Positions 15,380 through 30,353 of a DNA stretch of 64,000 bases are shown here, in pieces. Numbering within the stretch: the first letter of the stretch is position 1; each line of letters opens with the position of its first letter. The stretch is taken from NCBI RefSeq assembly GCF_009914755.1, contig NC_060927.1; one strand, 5' to 3'. Source of the DNA: the human T2T-CHM13v2.0 reference genome, Homo sapiens. Below the pieces are notes generated by a model, which was given only the letters and a program-made list of their open reading frames with translations, did no database searches and was not told where the DNA came from. The position numbers and the translations under genes are program-made.

Positions 15380-16053
15380 TAAATGTCTTCTCTTTTAGAA
15401 GTGTCTGTTCATGTCCTTTGCCCTCTTTTTAATGGGGCTGTTTGTCTTTTTTCTTGTAAATTTGCATAAGTTCCTTGTAGATTCTGGATATTAGACCTTT
15501 GTCAGATGGATAGATTGCAAAAATTTTCTCCAATTTTGTAGGTTGTCTGTTCACTCTGATATTTCTTTTGCTGTGCAGAAGTGCACATGTATGTTTGTTG
15601 CAGCACTATTCATAGTAGTGAAGTCACGGAATCAACCCAAATGCCCATCAATGATAGACTAGATAAAGAAAATGTGGTACATATGTACCATGGAGTACTA
15701 CGCAGCCATAAAAAGGAATGAGATCCTGTCCTTTCCAGGGACATGGATGGAGCTGGAAAACATTATCCTCAGCAAATGAACACAGGAACAGAAAACCAAA
15801 CACCGCATGTTCTCACTTATAAGTGGGAGCTGAACAGTGAGAACACATGGACACAGGGAGGGGAGCAACACACACTGGGGCCTGTTGTGGGGGCATGGGG
15901 AGGGAGAGCATCAGGATAAATAACTAATGCATGTGGGGCTGAATACCTAGGTGATGGGTTGATGGTGGCAGCAAACCACTATGGCACATGTTTACCTATG
16001 TAGCAAACCTGCACGTCCTGCACATGTATCCTGGAACTTAAAATAAAATTTTA
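15380..16053 (+). mobile_element. 5'-inverted, truncated L1PA element
   Basis: 15380-15581 is antisense L1 ORF2-end sequence; 15582-16053 is sense L1 3' end. Flanked by TSD aaaaata(a/g)taag(a/t)gct. Confidence 0.85.
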
Positions 16054-16314
16054 AAAAATAGTAAGTGCTAACATTTAAAAATTGTGTGCCAGGTGCTATG
16101 CTAGGTTGTAGGAACATAAAAATAAAGAAAATAGTGTCCCTGACCTTGAATGGATGACAGAGATTACTGGACACTTAACTACACGCATCATCCTATCCAA
16201 GCCTCACCACAGCCTCGGGGAGTCCTGATCTTCCCAGAAGGCCAGGAGGGGTGTCCCTAGGTCATTTAGTTGTGCCAGAAATGTAGGCCTCAGGCCCAAG
16301 CCAAAGACTAGAGC

Positions 16315-16490
16315 AGAGGTTCTCAAAGTGTGGTCCACAGAAAACAGCAGCATCGGCATCACCTGGGAGCTTGTTAGAAATGCAAATTCTTCAGCCCCAC
16401 TCCATCTCCAGAAACTCTGGGGGTGGGCCCTGCAGTCAGTATTTTAAAAATCCCACCAGGTGATTCTGATGCATGCTCAAGTGTGAGCGC
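16315..16490. mobile_element. MER5A DNA transposon fossil
   Basis: cagaggttctcaaagtgtggtcc...catcacctgggagcttgttagaaatgcaaattct...ccaggtgattctgatgcatgctcaagtgtgag. Confidence 0.85.
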
Positions 16491-16817
16491 TGTGAGGGTG
16501 ATAATATTGTCATTCATTCTCATTTTACAGATGAGGACAGTCATTTGCTGAGGATGACGGCAACGCTTCTCAATTGCAATGAGAGGGACTTTGGATTAAA
16601 TGATAAAGGAGCTCTTGAGATCTGAGAATTGGGAGATAGTAGACAGCACCACTATGAGGCGTAACAGGTTCTTTTTATATGGGAATTTTAAGAGATCCCA
16701 TAGGACAGCCATATAATGGGGGCAGCTCCAGCCAGAGCAAAGGAAGCGAGTTAGAGGGTGTGGAGTGTTTCTTGTGGCCTTCTCTTCCCCATGGCTCTCT
16801 GGCTCTCTTCCCTGCAG

Positions 16818-16984
16818 GTGTCTGCAGCAGCACCCTCAGGACAGCCTGCCCACAGCCAGCGTCATCCTCTGTTTCCATGATGAGGCCTGGTCCACTCTCC
16901 TGCGGACTGTACACAGCATCCTCGACACAGTGCCCAGGGCCTTCCTGAAGGAGATCATCCTCGTGGACGACCTCAGCCAGCAAG
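16818..16984 (+). CDS. GALNT15: GALNT15 exon 2 ([55 protein letters not shown]), start of the catalytic domain
   Basis: Acceptor ctcttccctgcag, donor CAAG|gtagcc. Contains the family motifs [20 protein letters not shown] and EIILVDD. Confidence 0.95.
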
Positions 16985-17631
16985 GTAGCCACGGCTTTCC
17001 TCCAGGCTCGTCTGGGTGAGCCTTACCCCCTGGCGGGTGGAGTTCTCAAGCAAAAGATTGAAGTTTGGAACTATTTTAGGCAAGATTCCCCAACTACAGA
17101 CCTCCAGATGAGGATTAATGGGCAAGTAACTTATGAATGAAGAGCCACTGGGGAAACCAGTAAGGCAGTGGGGGCTGCAAGACAGAGAAGGAGAAAGAGC
17201 CCTGCAGGGGAAACAGCCCTGGGGAGGGTCTTGAGGGGTGTCGCCTCAGCCTGATCCCGTGGGGATCTCTCTCCCAGGTGCCACCCAGTCCAACAATCCT
17301 CTCTCCAAGACACTGAAGAATCACATAGGGCGGCCCTGTTGTGAGTGCTCACTGCCTCCTAGACCCTGGTGCAGCACTTTACACATACGCACATATGTGT
17401 ATCGGTCCTTCACTCATCATGGCTTAGACAGACCCACTCACTTTCCAGAGGAGGAAACTGGGGCCCAGAGAAGACAGCAGACTGGAGCGGAGTCAGCCAA
17501 AAGCAGCAGAGTCAGGCCCAGAGCCCAGACTTGCAGAACCTGCCTGTGTGCTTCCTCTCACAGGAACCTGGCTACTAGGGACAGCCCTAAAAGAAGATGG
17601 AGACAGAGAAGCCCCCACTTGACTCGTAGGT

Positions 17632-17817
17632 CAGTGGCTCTCACGCTTGAGCATGCATCGGAATCACCTGGTGCGATTTTTAAAATACTACTGCAGGGCC
17701 CACCCCCAGAGTTTCTGGTGATGGAGTGGGGCCGAAGAATTTGCATTTCTAACAAGCTCCCAGGTGATGCTGATGCTGCTGTTTTCTGTGGACCACACTC
17801 TGAGAACCTCTGCTCTA
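17632..17817. mobile_element. MER5A DNA transposon fossil (opposite orientation to the copy at 16315)
   Basis: gcatgcatcggaatcacctgg...tttgcatttctaacaagctcccaggtgatgctgatgctgct...gaccacactctgagaacctctg. Confidence 0.85.
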
Positions 17818-19205
17818 GTCTTTGGCTTGGGCGTGAGGCCTACATTTCTGGCACAACTAAATGACCTAGGGACACCCCTCCTGGCCTTCTGGGAAGATCA
17901 GAACGCTCTGAGGGAAGCCGAGCATTCACGTTTTTCTAAGGGGAATAATGGAGAAGGGCTAGGGTAGCCAGGTGCCTCTGTTAGTTCTTTCTACGGTCCT
18001 CACTCCAGGGATGGGCCTAGCCTGGCCATAGCAGTGAGTCAGATTAGCCAGAGGCTCTGGGAACACCTGGGGTTCCTGGGTGCAGCTGGCTGCATATTAG
18101 GCAGGACTAATGAACAGGTGCAGGACAGGGCTGGGTTGGCGGGTAAAGTGCCCAGAGACTCTCCAAACCCTCAAGTGGGGCGGGGTCCGCCCAAGAGCAC
18201 ACCTGTGGTGAGGCCCCCACCATCTGATGAGCTGTGTTACGTCTGTGCCCCTCGGGAGTACGGAAAGTGGAGGAGCTGGGCCCCAGAGAAATGGGCTACC
18301 CCAGAGCTGGCAGCCCCACCAGAGGGGATCTGGATCCCCTGCCAAGCAATTAAGCTGCCCCCTCCTGGCCAACTCCCCTTCTGCCCCTCACCACTGGGTT
18401 GGCTCTCCATCCAGTGGCCCCATATTTCCTGTTGACATTGGGGTGCAAGGCCTTTTCCACAACCAAGGGCAGCACTGGTTCTATTTCTGCAGGTCCCTCT
18501 CCTCTGTGTGCTTGCCAAGACCCAGATCCCAGACAAGCACCACCTTGCACACTGTTTTTATTTAATCCTCTTGGCCACCCAGAGAGGCAGGGCTTATCAA
18601 CCCTACTCTACCTGTGAGGAAAACTGAGACAGAAAAAGATGCTGCGGGTTGCCCTGAGCCATCTTGATGGGCTTCCAAGCCGATGGTCATGACAGCATAG
18701 TGTAGTGTGATAGAATCAGCTAGATGGGTTTCAGGGTATTCGTCTGGGGTGGTGATGCCCACACCAAATCATTAAATCAGAAAATGCTTGCGATGACCAG
18801 CCCATGATGACCCTTTACAAGTGGAAGTCAGTATTACTGCTGTTTTCTGGAGGGAAGGAGTTGAGGATCATACCAGCTTTTTCCGAGCACTATACCACTC
18901 AGACATGGGTGCTCTTACCCACTTCAAAACCCTCTGAGAATGCCAAACAACCATCGCAGTGGAGCACAGGCTGCACTGCGGGTTCTGTCTTGCTTTTTAC
19001 CCTGCAATGGTCAGTCATTGACCATGACTGGGGCTGGGGGCAGCATCCTGCATGACTGTCTGGCACCTGCAGCAGAGACCGTTTTAATACCCCAAGGCAA
19101 GTCTCCAGGGAAGGGTTAAGATTTCAGTTAGCACCCACAGCAGCTGGGGACATGCAAACCAAACCAAAACAGTTAAGGGGAGCTCAGGGAATCTGAGTAG
19201 GACAC

Positions 19206-19576
19206 TATATTAGTCTGTTCTCACACTGCTATAAAGAACTGCCTGAGACTAGGTAATTTATAAAGAAAGGAGGTTTAATTGACTCACAGTTTCGCATGGC
19301 TGGGGAGGCCTCAGGAAACTTACAATCATGGTGGAAGGGGAAGCATGTCTTACATGGCAGCAAGTGAGAGAAAGAGAGAGAGAGAGGAGGAAAAACTATC
19401 AAACACTTATATAATCATCAGATCTCATGAGAACTCACTATCACGAGAACAGCATGGGGGAAACTGCCCACATGATCCAATCACCTCCCACCAGGTCCCT
19501 CCCTCGCCACATAGGGATTATGGGGATTACAACTCAAGATGAGATCTGGGTGGGGACAAAGAGCCAAACCATATCA
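19206..19576 (-). mobile_element. ERVL-MaLR solo LTR, THE1D-like
   Basis: tatattagtctgttctcacactgctataaagaactgcctgagact ... gagccaaaccatatca. 5-bp TSD GACAC at 19201-19205 and 19577-19581. Confidence 0.88.
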
Positions 19577-19875
19577 GACACCAACAGTATCTGCTACATT
19601 CTTGCTGCTGCATTTGGAGAATGTTAGCAAGTTCTCCCCTTTCCTGGTTTTCTGACACCATCCCTCTAATTTTTACTGGAGAGAATCATGGCCCACCCCA
19701 ACCTAACCAAGCATCTTACATCTCAGCAACAACCACACTGTAGTAATGTTTTCGGTTCTTAGGACCCAGGTGCTCACCACAGCTTCCAAAAGAGAGTTGC
19801 TGACGATTGTCTTAGTCACAATCTCATCGGTTGTGGCATTTGTCATTCCACTGACCACAACCCTGTTGATTCCAG

Positions 19876-20080
19876 GACAACTCAAGTCTGCTCTCAGCGA
19901 ATATGTGGCCAGGCTGGAGGGGGTGAAGTTACTCAGGAGCAACAAGAGGCTGGGTGCCATCAGGGCCCGGATGCTGGGGGCCACCAGAGCCACCGGGGAT
20001 GTGCTCGTCTTCATGGATGCCCACTGCGAGTGCCACCCAGGCTGGCTGGAGCCCCTCCTCAGCAGAATAGCTGGTGACAG
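19876..20080 (+). CDS. GALNT15: GALNT15 exon 3 (GQLKSALSEYVARLEGVKLLRSNKRLGAIRARMLGATRATGDVLVFMDAHCECHPGWLEPLLSRIAGDR), contains the DxH metal-binding motif
   Basis: Acceptor ttgattccag, donor ACAG|gtaact. Contains DAHCEC and WLEPLL. Phases match exons 2 and 4. Confidence 0.96.
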
Positions 20081-20387
20081 GTAACTTATTCCCTGGGCTT
20101 GCAAAGCAAGACATGGAACTGGGAGAAACAGTCTACAGCATCAGCCACTCACAGAGCAACCCACCTATTAATTCCTGAATCTCCATTAGAGAGTGATATA
20201 TTCCCTTCGGGTTTTCAGATGTGTAAGTTTTTTAAGACTATAGAGTTAGAGTTGGAAAGGAGGTTAGAGGTCTTCATCTACCTTGCTTTATAGATAAAGA
20301 AACCGAGGCCTGGAGAACAGCTTCTATGAGGTTGCAAATACTTAAAATTGTATTAAATTGCATGACGAGGGTAACACCTTACCATAG

Positions 20388-20731
<344 letters not shown>

Positions 20732-21528
20732 GAAAATTCGTCAATTTTAATCAAGCTTGTAACATAACCTGGGGAAAAAGTCTCTGAACTACACTAGGCC
20801 GTAGATTACTCACCCATAAAAAGAAAACATTATGTTCTCTGATCACTAAACAGCATTCTTTGTTTCCCCAGTTTATATAAGGGGTCCCTAATTTTCTACC
20901 TAAGGCCAGTCCTTGGAAATGTGAAGTTGGAGAGGACTGCATTACATTACCCTGTAGACAAGCATCTTAACATTTTTCTTGATCATTTCTCTGCTCTCCT
21001 TCCCCCATCTGACCGTCAATCTCTTTCTCACTTCCTTGCTCAAGACAAACAGTTCCTAAACATGTCTAGTCAAACATTACCCTCAATCTGAATATCCTAC
21101 CCAGGAAAACTGAAACCTGGTGGCTGGCCCACCTTGGACCACCTCAGGCATACCACTTGGAGCTCATGTAGGCATGTAGCAGAGTAGAACCACAATCAAT
21201 AATTGTTTGATGGTGCCCAGCAAGACAGGACCAATGCTAGAACCAAGCCTTATGACTTCTACCCATGATGAATGTTTATTATCTCACCTGAAGTTAGGGA
21301 TGATCAATCAAATATAAGAAAAAATTCCTGGACCAGATCGGAATGAATCCTGGAGACATAGGAGTTACCATCAGCCAAATGGAGATGGTTTCAAACGTTC
21401 AAATGACAGAAAGTAAATTGTTAATAGTTCAGCATTCCATTTTAACAAAGAAGAACAATCGGAACTCAAGTGAGATCAAGACAGATTAATGTTTCCCAGT
21501 TTCATGAGACAGATTGTCTCTTGACTCA

Positions 21529-21936
<408 letters not shown>

Positions 21937-22769
21937 TCATGCAAAGGGCCATCTTGAAATCAGAGCGATGTCTATCATTGGAGTCAGACTCTGAAGTTGA
22001 TCTTGCCCATTTCCCATCTGATTCCCATTCTGGTATCACAGACAGGTGGCTCTCAGAGGGACCATGAAGATCATCTTGTCTTACCTCATGATTTCGCTAT
22101 CGAGAACCCTGAGTTCCAGGAAAGTAAAAAAGACCCCTCAGGGTCACACAGCCATTTGACAACTGGGCTGTTTTCTATGCTGCTTTTATGCAGACATTTA
22201 GAAATGCAGTAATTAACATCATTAAACTTTATGTATGTGTAACCCTCGCAGACTTCTTTCATATGCCTTCTTTAATGACCCCCATGAGAGGCCTCAGGCA
22301 GGTATTTTAGCTTCTGTTTTATAGGGGGAGAAATTGAGGCTCAGAGAGGTGACATGATATGTAAGGGCAGATAATTCGTAGCTGAGTCAGATTTTCTGAC
22401 TCTGGGTCCAGTGCTGTTTTTATTGTGTACATTTTCTTTTTAAGAGTTGGAGAAGCTGGTCAGGGAGGAACATTAGTCATCCCTAACCCCACAACTGGTT
22501 ATGAGACATGTGTTACCTGCTGCTGTGAGTCCCTCGTATCTGCTTCTCACATCGGGGCCCCATTTCCCAGAGCTAGGTGAAGGTAGAAAGACGTGGCACT
22601 ACCTCAGTGTCCTAGGCTAGAAAGAAAATGAGGCTCCCTGGGAAGCCCTTTGTGATTAAGAGACATTCTAGTTTCCTGTGCCCTTCCCCTCTCCTCTTTT
22701 CCTCTCCTGTCTGTCTCTGCCTCTCTACCTCTCTCACGGTCTTTGTCTCTCTCTGTCTCTTGGTCACTC

Positions 22770-22772
<3 letters not shown>

Positions 22773-22838
<66 letters not shown>
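22773..22838 (+). repeat. Compound microsatellite (CT)10(CA)23
   Basis: Read directly from the sequence. Confidence 0.97.
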
Positions 22839-22840
<2 letters not shown>

Positions 22841-25343
22841 GGGCCTCTGATCCTGGTGTGTTACTGGCTTGCCTTCCTCTTTGGGTTCCATCTCTTCTGC
22901 GTGATGTGACCACATTTTCATCATCTCTACACCTCATTCATGGCTTCTTGTCCACTGTGTTTTCTCTGGGCCCTAGTGTCCAGCTTTTAGGCACTGGCAG
23001 GTGAGGATCTGGAAGAAAAGCCACCTTTCTGGTATCTGAGTCCCACTCTCTCCACTCCACCTGGCAACGCTCTATGAGCTGTGGCAGGGAGAGCAGCCTC
23101 ATTCAGTGTGTGCTTTACTCCCCCAGGGACGTCGCCCACGTGCCTCATACAAAGCCAAGCTGTGGAAGGCATTTGGTGCAGCTCCTCACATGGAGAGGAG
23201 AGGGGGCCCAGCTGTCTCCAAGGCTTGTGTCAGGAGACATTCTGTCACCAGATGAGGACACAGTGCCCAAAAGACAGAAAAGGGTCTTTAAGAGCTCTTA
23301 TAAAAAAAAAAAAGTGGGGTGGGAGTGGTGAGTGAACAGTGCAGTAAGCCACAAATCAGCTCTTTCAAAGAGCCGTAGCCTCCTCCACACCCTGGCCAAG
23401 GAATTCAGAGCCTGCTGACCAGCCTTTGTTCTCTGTCCCTGCCTAGCAGGTTCCCACTAGCCATGTGGCAACTTTATTTGAATTGGTAGAAATCCCTTCC
23501 TCATGACCATTCCTCCTGACTCCCATTCCTCAGAAAATTGGTCATAATATACTGATTTTATTAGAATAAGACATCTTAATGCCAACTGTCAGCAAGTTGT
23601 TGAAATAAAAATGCAAATTTACAGTAATGATAATATTAGAGATGTTCTCTTGGGTTGCACAGTGCGCAACTCCTGTAACTGTTCATAGCAACCCTACATA
23701 GAGTCTCCCTATGGGCAACTGATTTTAGGGCAGCCCTGGGAGATGCTGATTGATGGCCAGTTTCTACACAAAGTAACAATGATGGGAATCAAGACTAGCT
23801 GTTGTATCCAGCTCTCAGCTGACTTGTGTTGACTGCCAGCTCTCATACCCAAGCCAAGCAGTGGAAGCCATACCCCTGGAAGGATGAAGGTTTCTAAGGG
23901 GAAAGGGACAGTCTTGAAAGGGGCTGAAAGATGATATCATCTCAAGAAGCTGAACAAGTTATCTCTTACTTGAAAATGGGTCTGGTCCCTATCTGCGAGA
24001 CATCCGGTCCTTCAGGATCAGCCAGGGGTGCTATGGGGAGAAGCAATGTGGGGCAGGGAGAAGAACACCTCCCACTCTGCCCTTTGAAGGGTTAAATGAT
24101 GGAAAGCAGTGTAAGAACCCCTTGTGCTTGTGCATGTGAGTCAGTGTGTGTGTGTAAGCATGTGAGAGTCTGAGTGTGGGGGGGAGCGAGCATGTGCGTG
24201 CGTGTGTGTGTGCGCGCGCATGTGCGCGTCAAGGAGCAGCAGGAGGTCAGGATGCCTCCTGCCCCCCCAGAGGGAGCAGCCTTCTTTGGCTCAGGTGCCC
24301 CAAGGAAACTCTCCAGCAACCATCGTACTTCATACCCTTCAGCATGACACGTCCTCGTATCTGCCCCTGGAAAAGCCGATGCCAGTCCTGCGGTCACAAC
24401 TGAGCAGCAAGAGCACTGGGAAGGGAGAATTCAGAGCCTTCTGCTTCTAGTATAAGAGACTTTCCACAAACACCAAGAATACGCATGAACTTTCAAAATG
24501 GCTTGTGTATCATGGACCTTGAGGAACATCCAGGCTCACGAGAATTAACAAGGAATGAGATAAACGAGGGCTTATTCTTTATTGTGGTAAAAGGTTATGG
24601 GAAGCTTGAAACTACAGTTAGCTCTTGAATATCTGGACAGTAATGTATTCGTTGATCTCACGTATTTCAGTGAACCAGTCTTTGTTGGCAGCTTGACTCC
24701 TTCTGTTTGCCTTTTGAAACATAAGCACTTGATCTCCTGGAACTTAGGCTCAACATAGGATCAACCTTGTACCTGCCTGAGGGTTAAAACTCAATTCACA
24801 GGTGAGGGACTGACGAAGTAAGCAGACACTTCCAGCTCCTTCCAAGTCAAACGAGGTCAGCTCGCTATTTTGCTTGACGTGAATTCCAAGAACACCAGAC
24901 ACATCGGTAGGTACAAAACCACAAAGCTAAATAGAAGACTGTGGGTTTTTTATTTGAATTAATCACCGTTTTTGAGTCAGTAGACTACAGTTAGTAATTT
25001 AGTCCTGCTAGGCAGCCACTGTGGTCCATGGGAATAAAGACCAAAATAGAAAACACTCCTCACTTCATTCACTGACATTTTATTCTTTATCTCTATCCAA
25101 AATGTACTCAGGGAAGCTCATGATTAATCACTCTTGTATACAGTTAAAATAGAGGAAAAAGAAGATTTCAGAAAGGAAAAGAGGGTATTGGGAATCAGGG
25201 GTAATACAGTTATTAGAAGTGAGTTTTACATGTGACTCTGAGCTTCCAGAAAGACAAAACAAAAAGAGAAACATAATGAATTTTAGAATTCTCATTTTCT
25301 AATAAAAAGCAACGTACTCCTTTGTTAAGAAGTACACAGCACA

Positions 25344-26025
<682 letters not shown>

Positions 26026-26747
26026 TTATGATTGCTGAAGGTGGCACAAATTTCATGCATTTCTTCCTAATTCAGCCACACAGTTCCCTGGCTCTTGATT
26101 CCAAAATTCCACAAAATGCTTTGCCAATAGCCAAATTTATCCATCTGCCTGATTCATTACACAGTAAGTGGAGGCTCTGGAAGGGGCTCTGGGTGCCCTC
26201 ATTTCCTCCCTGGTCTAGGTTCTCAGTTTTCTTAGGTCAATACAGGGTACCCCAAAATAGGGGAAACCCAGAGGGATTATGTTCCCTTTGCCTTCCAGCA
26301 GAAACAATGTGAAAGAGGCAGGAAAAGCATATTAAGATCCTTGCTCTAAATATAGACCCCACAACTCCTTACACTTATGTCAGTTACCTAAAGCCATAGA
26401 TTAAAGCAGATAATGAAATCATGGGGCCACCCTGGCTCTATCCAAGACAATGGAACAGAGATGGAATTTGATGGTAGTGTAAACACAATGTGGCTAGTAT
26501 CTCCCCTCCCAGGAATCTCACTTCTCTTAGAGTGATATCTTCTAGCCACCCTGAAGTTCAGGCCTGATTCATTCCATGGCACAGATTGAAGACATAATTA
26601 CCATGACAGGCCAGGGGGAGAAAATGTGATTGAGATATTGGCTAGGTGGATAGCAGCTCCTGGGACACCTGAGTGATTACCTACTTAGTTAAAAAGTATA
26701 TGACCCATGTCAATTTCTCACATCACTCTGCAGTCATATCTCCAGGC

Positions 26748-26750
<3 letters not shown>

Positions 26751-26778
<28 letters not shown>
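26751..26778 (+). repeat. Poly(A)28 tract not attached to a recognisable retroelement body
   Basis: Read directly from the sequence. Confidence 0.9.
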
Positions 26779-26781
<3 letters not shown>

Positions 26782-27351
26782 GACTAAAAATCACCAACAA
26801 TAGCAGGAAATGAGCAAATAAACCAAGATAGGACTTTGATTATAGATACCAGATGTTCATATATGCATGCATTGACAGTAGGGTTACTTCTAGGGCTTGG
26901 AAATCCTGATTTCTCAAGCCAATCCAGTTTTACACTACAAGGAGGAAGAAGAACTAGACCTGAGAGCAGGGGTCCATAAACTCTCTGACATCGTGCACAA
27001 TATTTTTTATATGGACATGGAAGATTTCATTCAGGAGTGGCCCATAGTTTTCCCCTGAATCTCAAAGGGATCAAGCACCCCAAAAGAAGTTAAGAGCCAC
27101 AGTCCTAGAGCATTGCAGCTGAGAAAGGCCTTTGTGGGAAGTAGTTCAACCTCCCATTCTACAAATGAGGAAACTGAGGCCCAGAGAGGTATAACAGGTA
27201 TCTCAAGATTACATAGTTCATTAGTAGCAGAGCTGAGCCTAGGACCCGTCTCTGTATCTCTCAGTGCTGTCAAGAAAGGTTTTTGAAGAAAGAAAAGTAC
27301 TGGCATGCTCTTTAAAGCAATACACCCTAATTCCTTATGGAAAAACATTTT

Positions 27352-27662
27352 CTAGAACTGTGCTATATAATATAAATATAACACAAGCCACATATGTAAT
27401 TAAAATACTTCTAATAGTCACATTACAAAATAAAAATAAACAGATGAAGTTAATTTTAATAATATAGTTCAGTAAACCCAATATATCCAAAATATTACCA
27501 TTTCAACATATAATCAATGTAAAAATTATTAAGATTTTTGCATCATTTTTTCCATACTAAGTATTCTTAATCCAGGGTGTATTTTACACTTACTCCACAC
27601 CTGATTTGGATAAACCCATTTTAGGTACGGGTGTCTGGTAGCCACCATACTGGGCAGCCCAT
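27352..27662. mobile_element. MER33-like hAT-Charlie fossil just upstream of exon 4
   Basis: gccacatatgtaattaaaa...aatatatccaaaatattaccatttcaacat...ggtagccaccatactgggcagc. Confidence 0.7.
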
Positions 27663-27732
27663 GTACAGACTGTTTCCAGCCCCAGCAAGTAAATGCTTTA
27701 CGTCCCTTGTTTAATTCCACAATTCTTTCCAG

Positions 27733-27900
27733 GAGCCGAGTGGTATCTCCGGTGATAGATGTGATTGACTGGAAGACTTTCCAGTATTACCCCTCAAAGG
27801 ACCTGCAGCGTGGGGTGTTGGACTGGAAGCTGGATTTCCACTGGGAACCTTTGCCAGAGCATGTGAGGAAGGCCCTCCAGTCCCCCATAAGCCCCATCAG
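27733..27900 (+). CDS. GALNT15: GALNT15 exon 4 (SRVVSPVIDVIDWKTFQYYPSKDLQRGVLDWKLDFHWEPLPEHVRKALQSPISPIR)
   Basis: Acceptor ttctttccag, donor TCAG|gtgagt. Contains the VVSPVIDVI family motif. Confidence 0.96.
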
Positions 27901-28680
27901 GTGAGTCCCCATTTCACACCTGCTTTGCCATTGCCTCCTCAGGATGGACTCTGCAGCCTGCCTGCCTGGGGTCTAATCCTACCTCCACAGTTTCCTAGTA
28001 AATTACTTAATGTATGCCACAGTTTCCTTTTCAGTAAATTGAGAGCAATCATAGTATTTACCTATAAGGGTTACCCTATAAGGGTTGTTGTGAAGATTGA
28101 ATGAACTAATATGTGAAAAGCACTTAGAGAGTGCCAGGCACCCAGATGTAGGTGCTACCACCATTATATTGTCATATTCATAAAGTTCCGACAGGGTCTT
28201 CCAGATAGCATCAGTTAATGCCCCAGTGTGTGGCAACCTGAGATGGAATCTTGGCCCAGCTCTCTCATCAGGTACAGTGTGAATTCCTCAGGTCTCGTCT
28301 TAGCAAATAGGAAGAATTCAACCAGGTGAATGCTAAGAACCATAGGTCTCAAATATATCCTATTGTATGGGTCGCTTCTCACATGTTTGGTTTTTGGATG
28401 ACTCTTCTATTTAAGTAGAAGTACTAGATATCTTATGCATAACAAATCACCTCAAACTTGGTGTAAAACACAGCCATTTTATTAAGCTCATGAATTCTGT
28501 GGGATATGAACTCTGAAAGGACACAGTGGGGTTGGTTGTCTGCCCCCATGGTTTCTGGGGTACATAAGGATTTTTAAAGTTTCCCAACACTATAAAGCCA
28601 GTGAGAGGTGAATCCAGAATTTAAACCCAGACAGCCAGGCCCTTGAGACGACTGCTTCACTGCTATGCTATATTTTAAAT

Positions 28681-29330
<650 letters not shown>

Positions 29331-30353
29331 ACATCAAAATCCAGTGAGCGTTTAAAATGTGGCATGCACAGAGCTACATATTTTACATGGCTTACCTTAG
29401 TCATCCCGCAAAACCCAATTATGAAACACTATTTTATCCCCAATTAGAGGTGAGGAAGCTGAGCTCAAAGACACATAGCCCACCTAAGATCTTACAAATT
29501 GGGAGTGGCAGAGTTGGAAATTATACTGAATAATCATTACAATATCAGTTTTTAGTATTTTGGTATAATGTAGAATTTTTATAACCTAAAGACCAGTAGC
29601 TTTGTTAATGCATTACTATTTCTTTGGTAATTAAGAAAAATCTGAACTCTTAGTCATTTACACTTTGAAAAATTCCCAGAGTTTGGCTGCATTCAAATTT
29701 GTTCCTCCTAGATGAAGGGACCCTTTTTCAAAAACCCTCTGACTACATCTTTCTCTGTTTAAAATCCCTCTGAGGGATATTATGATCTTAATTCCCTTAT
29801 TAAAGGTTTCTAGCTTCTTGTGTTTATAAATCATGTATTTTTCCCCTAGGGCAGTGGGGACTTATCTGCTTCCAGGGTCCCTGGTGGATTCATCATAGAA
29901 TTGGGAAGAGGGTGGATGGTCATTAGGAAAACAGAAGAGGGTGAGAAAAAGAAAGGAGGAAAGAGCCTGACCATGTCGCCGTGTCAGGCCTGGTGCTACC
30001 TCTCTTAGAGTACCTGATTTTAAGCAAGGCCTTCTTCCCAAACATCTTTCCAGAGGGACTCAAGCCAGAGGGCAGGGGAGTCTCAGGTGTGGTCCCTAGG
30101 CCCTCTCTAGGAGCAGTATCTGAGGACAGAGTATAGAAGGCCCAGGCAAGAATAGCTCTCTTTCCATCAAACACTGGGATTTCTGACATCGTGGCTCTGC
30201 TCCAGTCTTGCAATTAAAAAATTGCATTTTACCTGAGCCTAAAGCCTGTTCTCTCAGCCACTGGAGCTCCCACCTGGGAAGCCCCAGCCCCCAGCCTCGC
30301 CTGCTGTGCTCTGGGTTCTGAACTGCAGTGTCCTGCCTGTCTTCTGTGTCCAG

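Noticed and set aside
17238-17864. Longest ORF in the track (208 aa, + strand)
   Set aside because: It has a non-ATG start, runs through MIR and MER5A fossils in intron 2, and has no recognisable domain.
16985-19875. Possibility that intron 2 is a deletion allele relative to the reference assembly
   Set aside because: This rests on an uncertain recollection, and I see no clear breakpoint signature. An alignment to reference assemblies would settle it.
19703-20114. Antisense ORFs over coding exons (also 16675-16992, 39005-39443, 41841-42074, 46424-46780)
   Set aside because: Shadow ORFs of real exons with no independent support.
20824-20838. Glucocorticoid-response-element-like sequences (AAAACAttaTGTTCT here; others near 6771, 12639, 48351)
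   Set aside because: Each misses a key consensus base, and such matches are expected by chance in 64 kb. GR ChIP-seq would be needed.
22604-23004. ORFs with HTHTHT/CVCVCV runs
   Set aside because: Translations of the (CT)n(CA)n microsatellite.
26751-26778. Orphan poly(A)28 as the tail of a processed pseudogene
   Set aside because: No poly(A) signal, gene-like body or target-site duplication is visible. Treated as a simple repeat.
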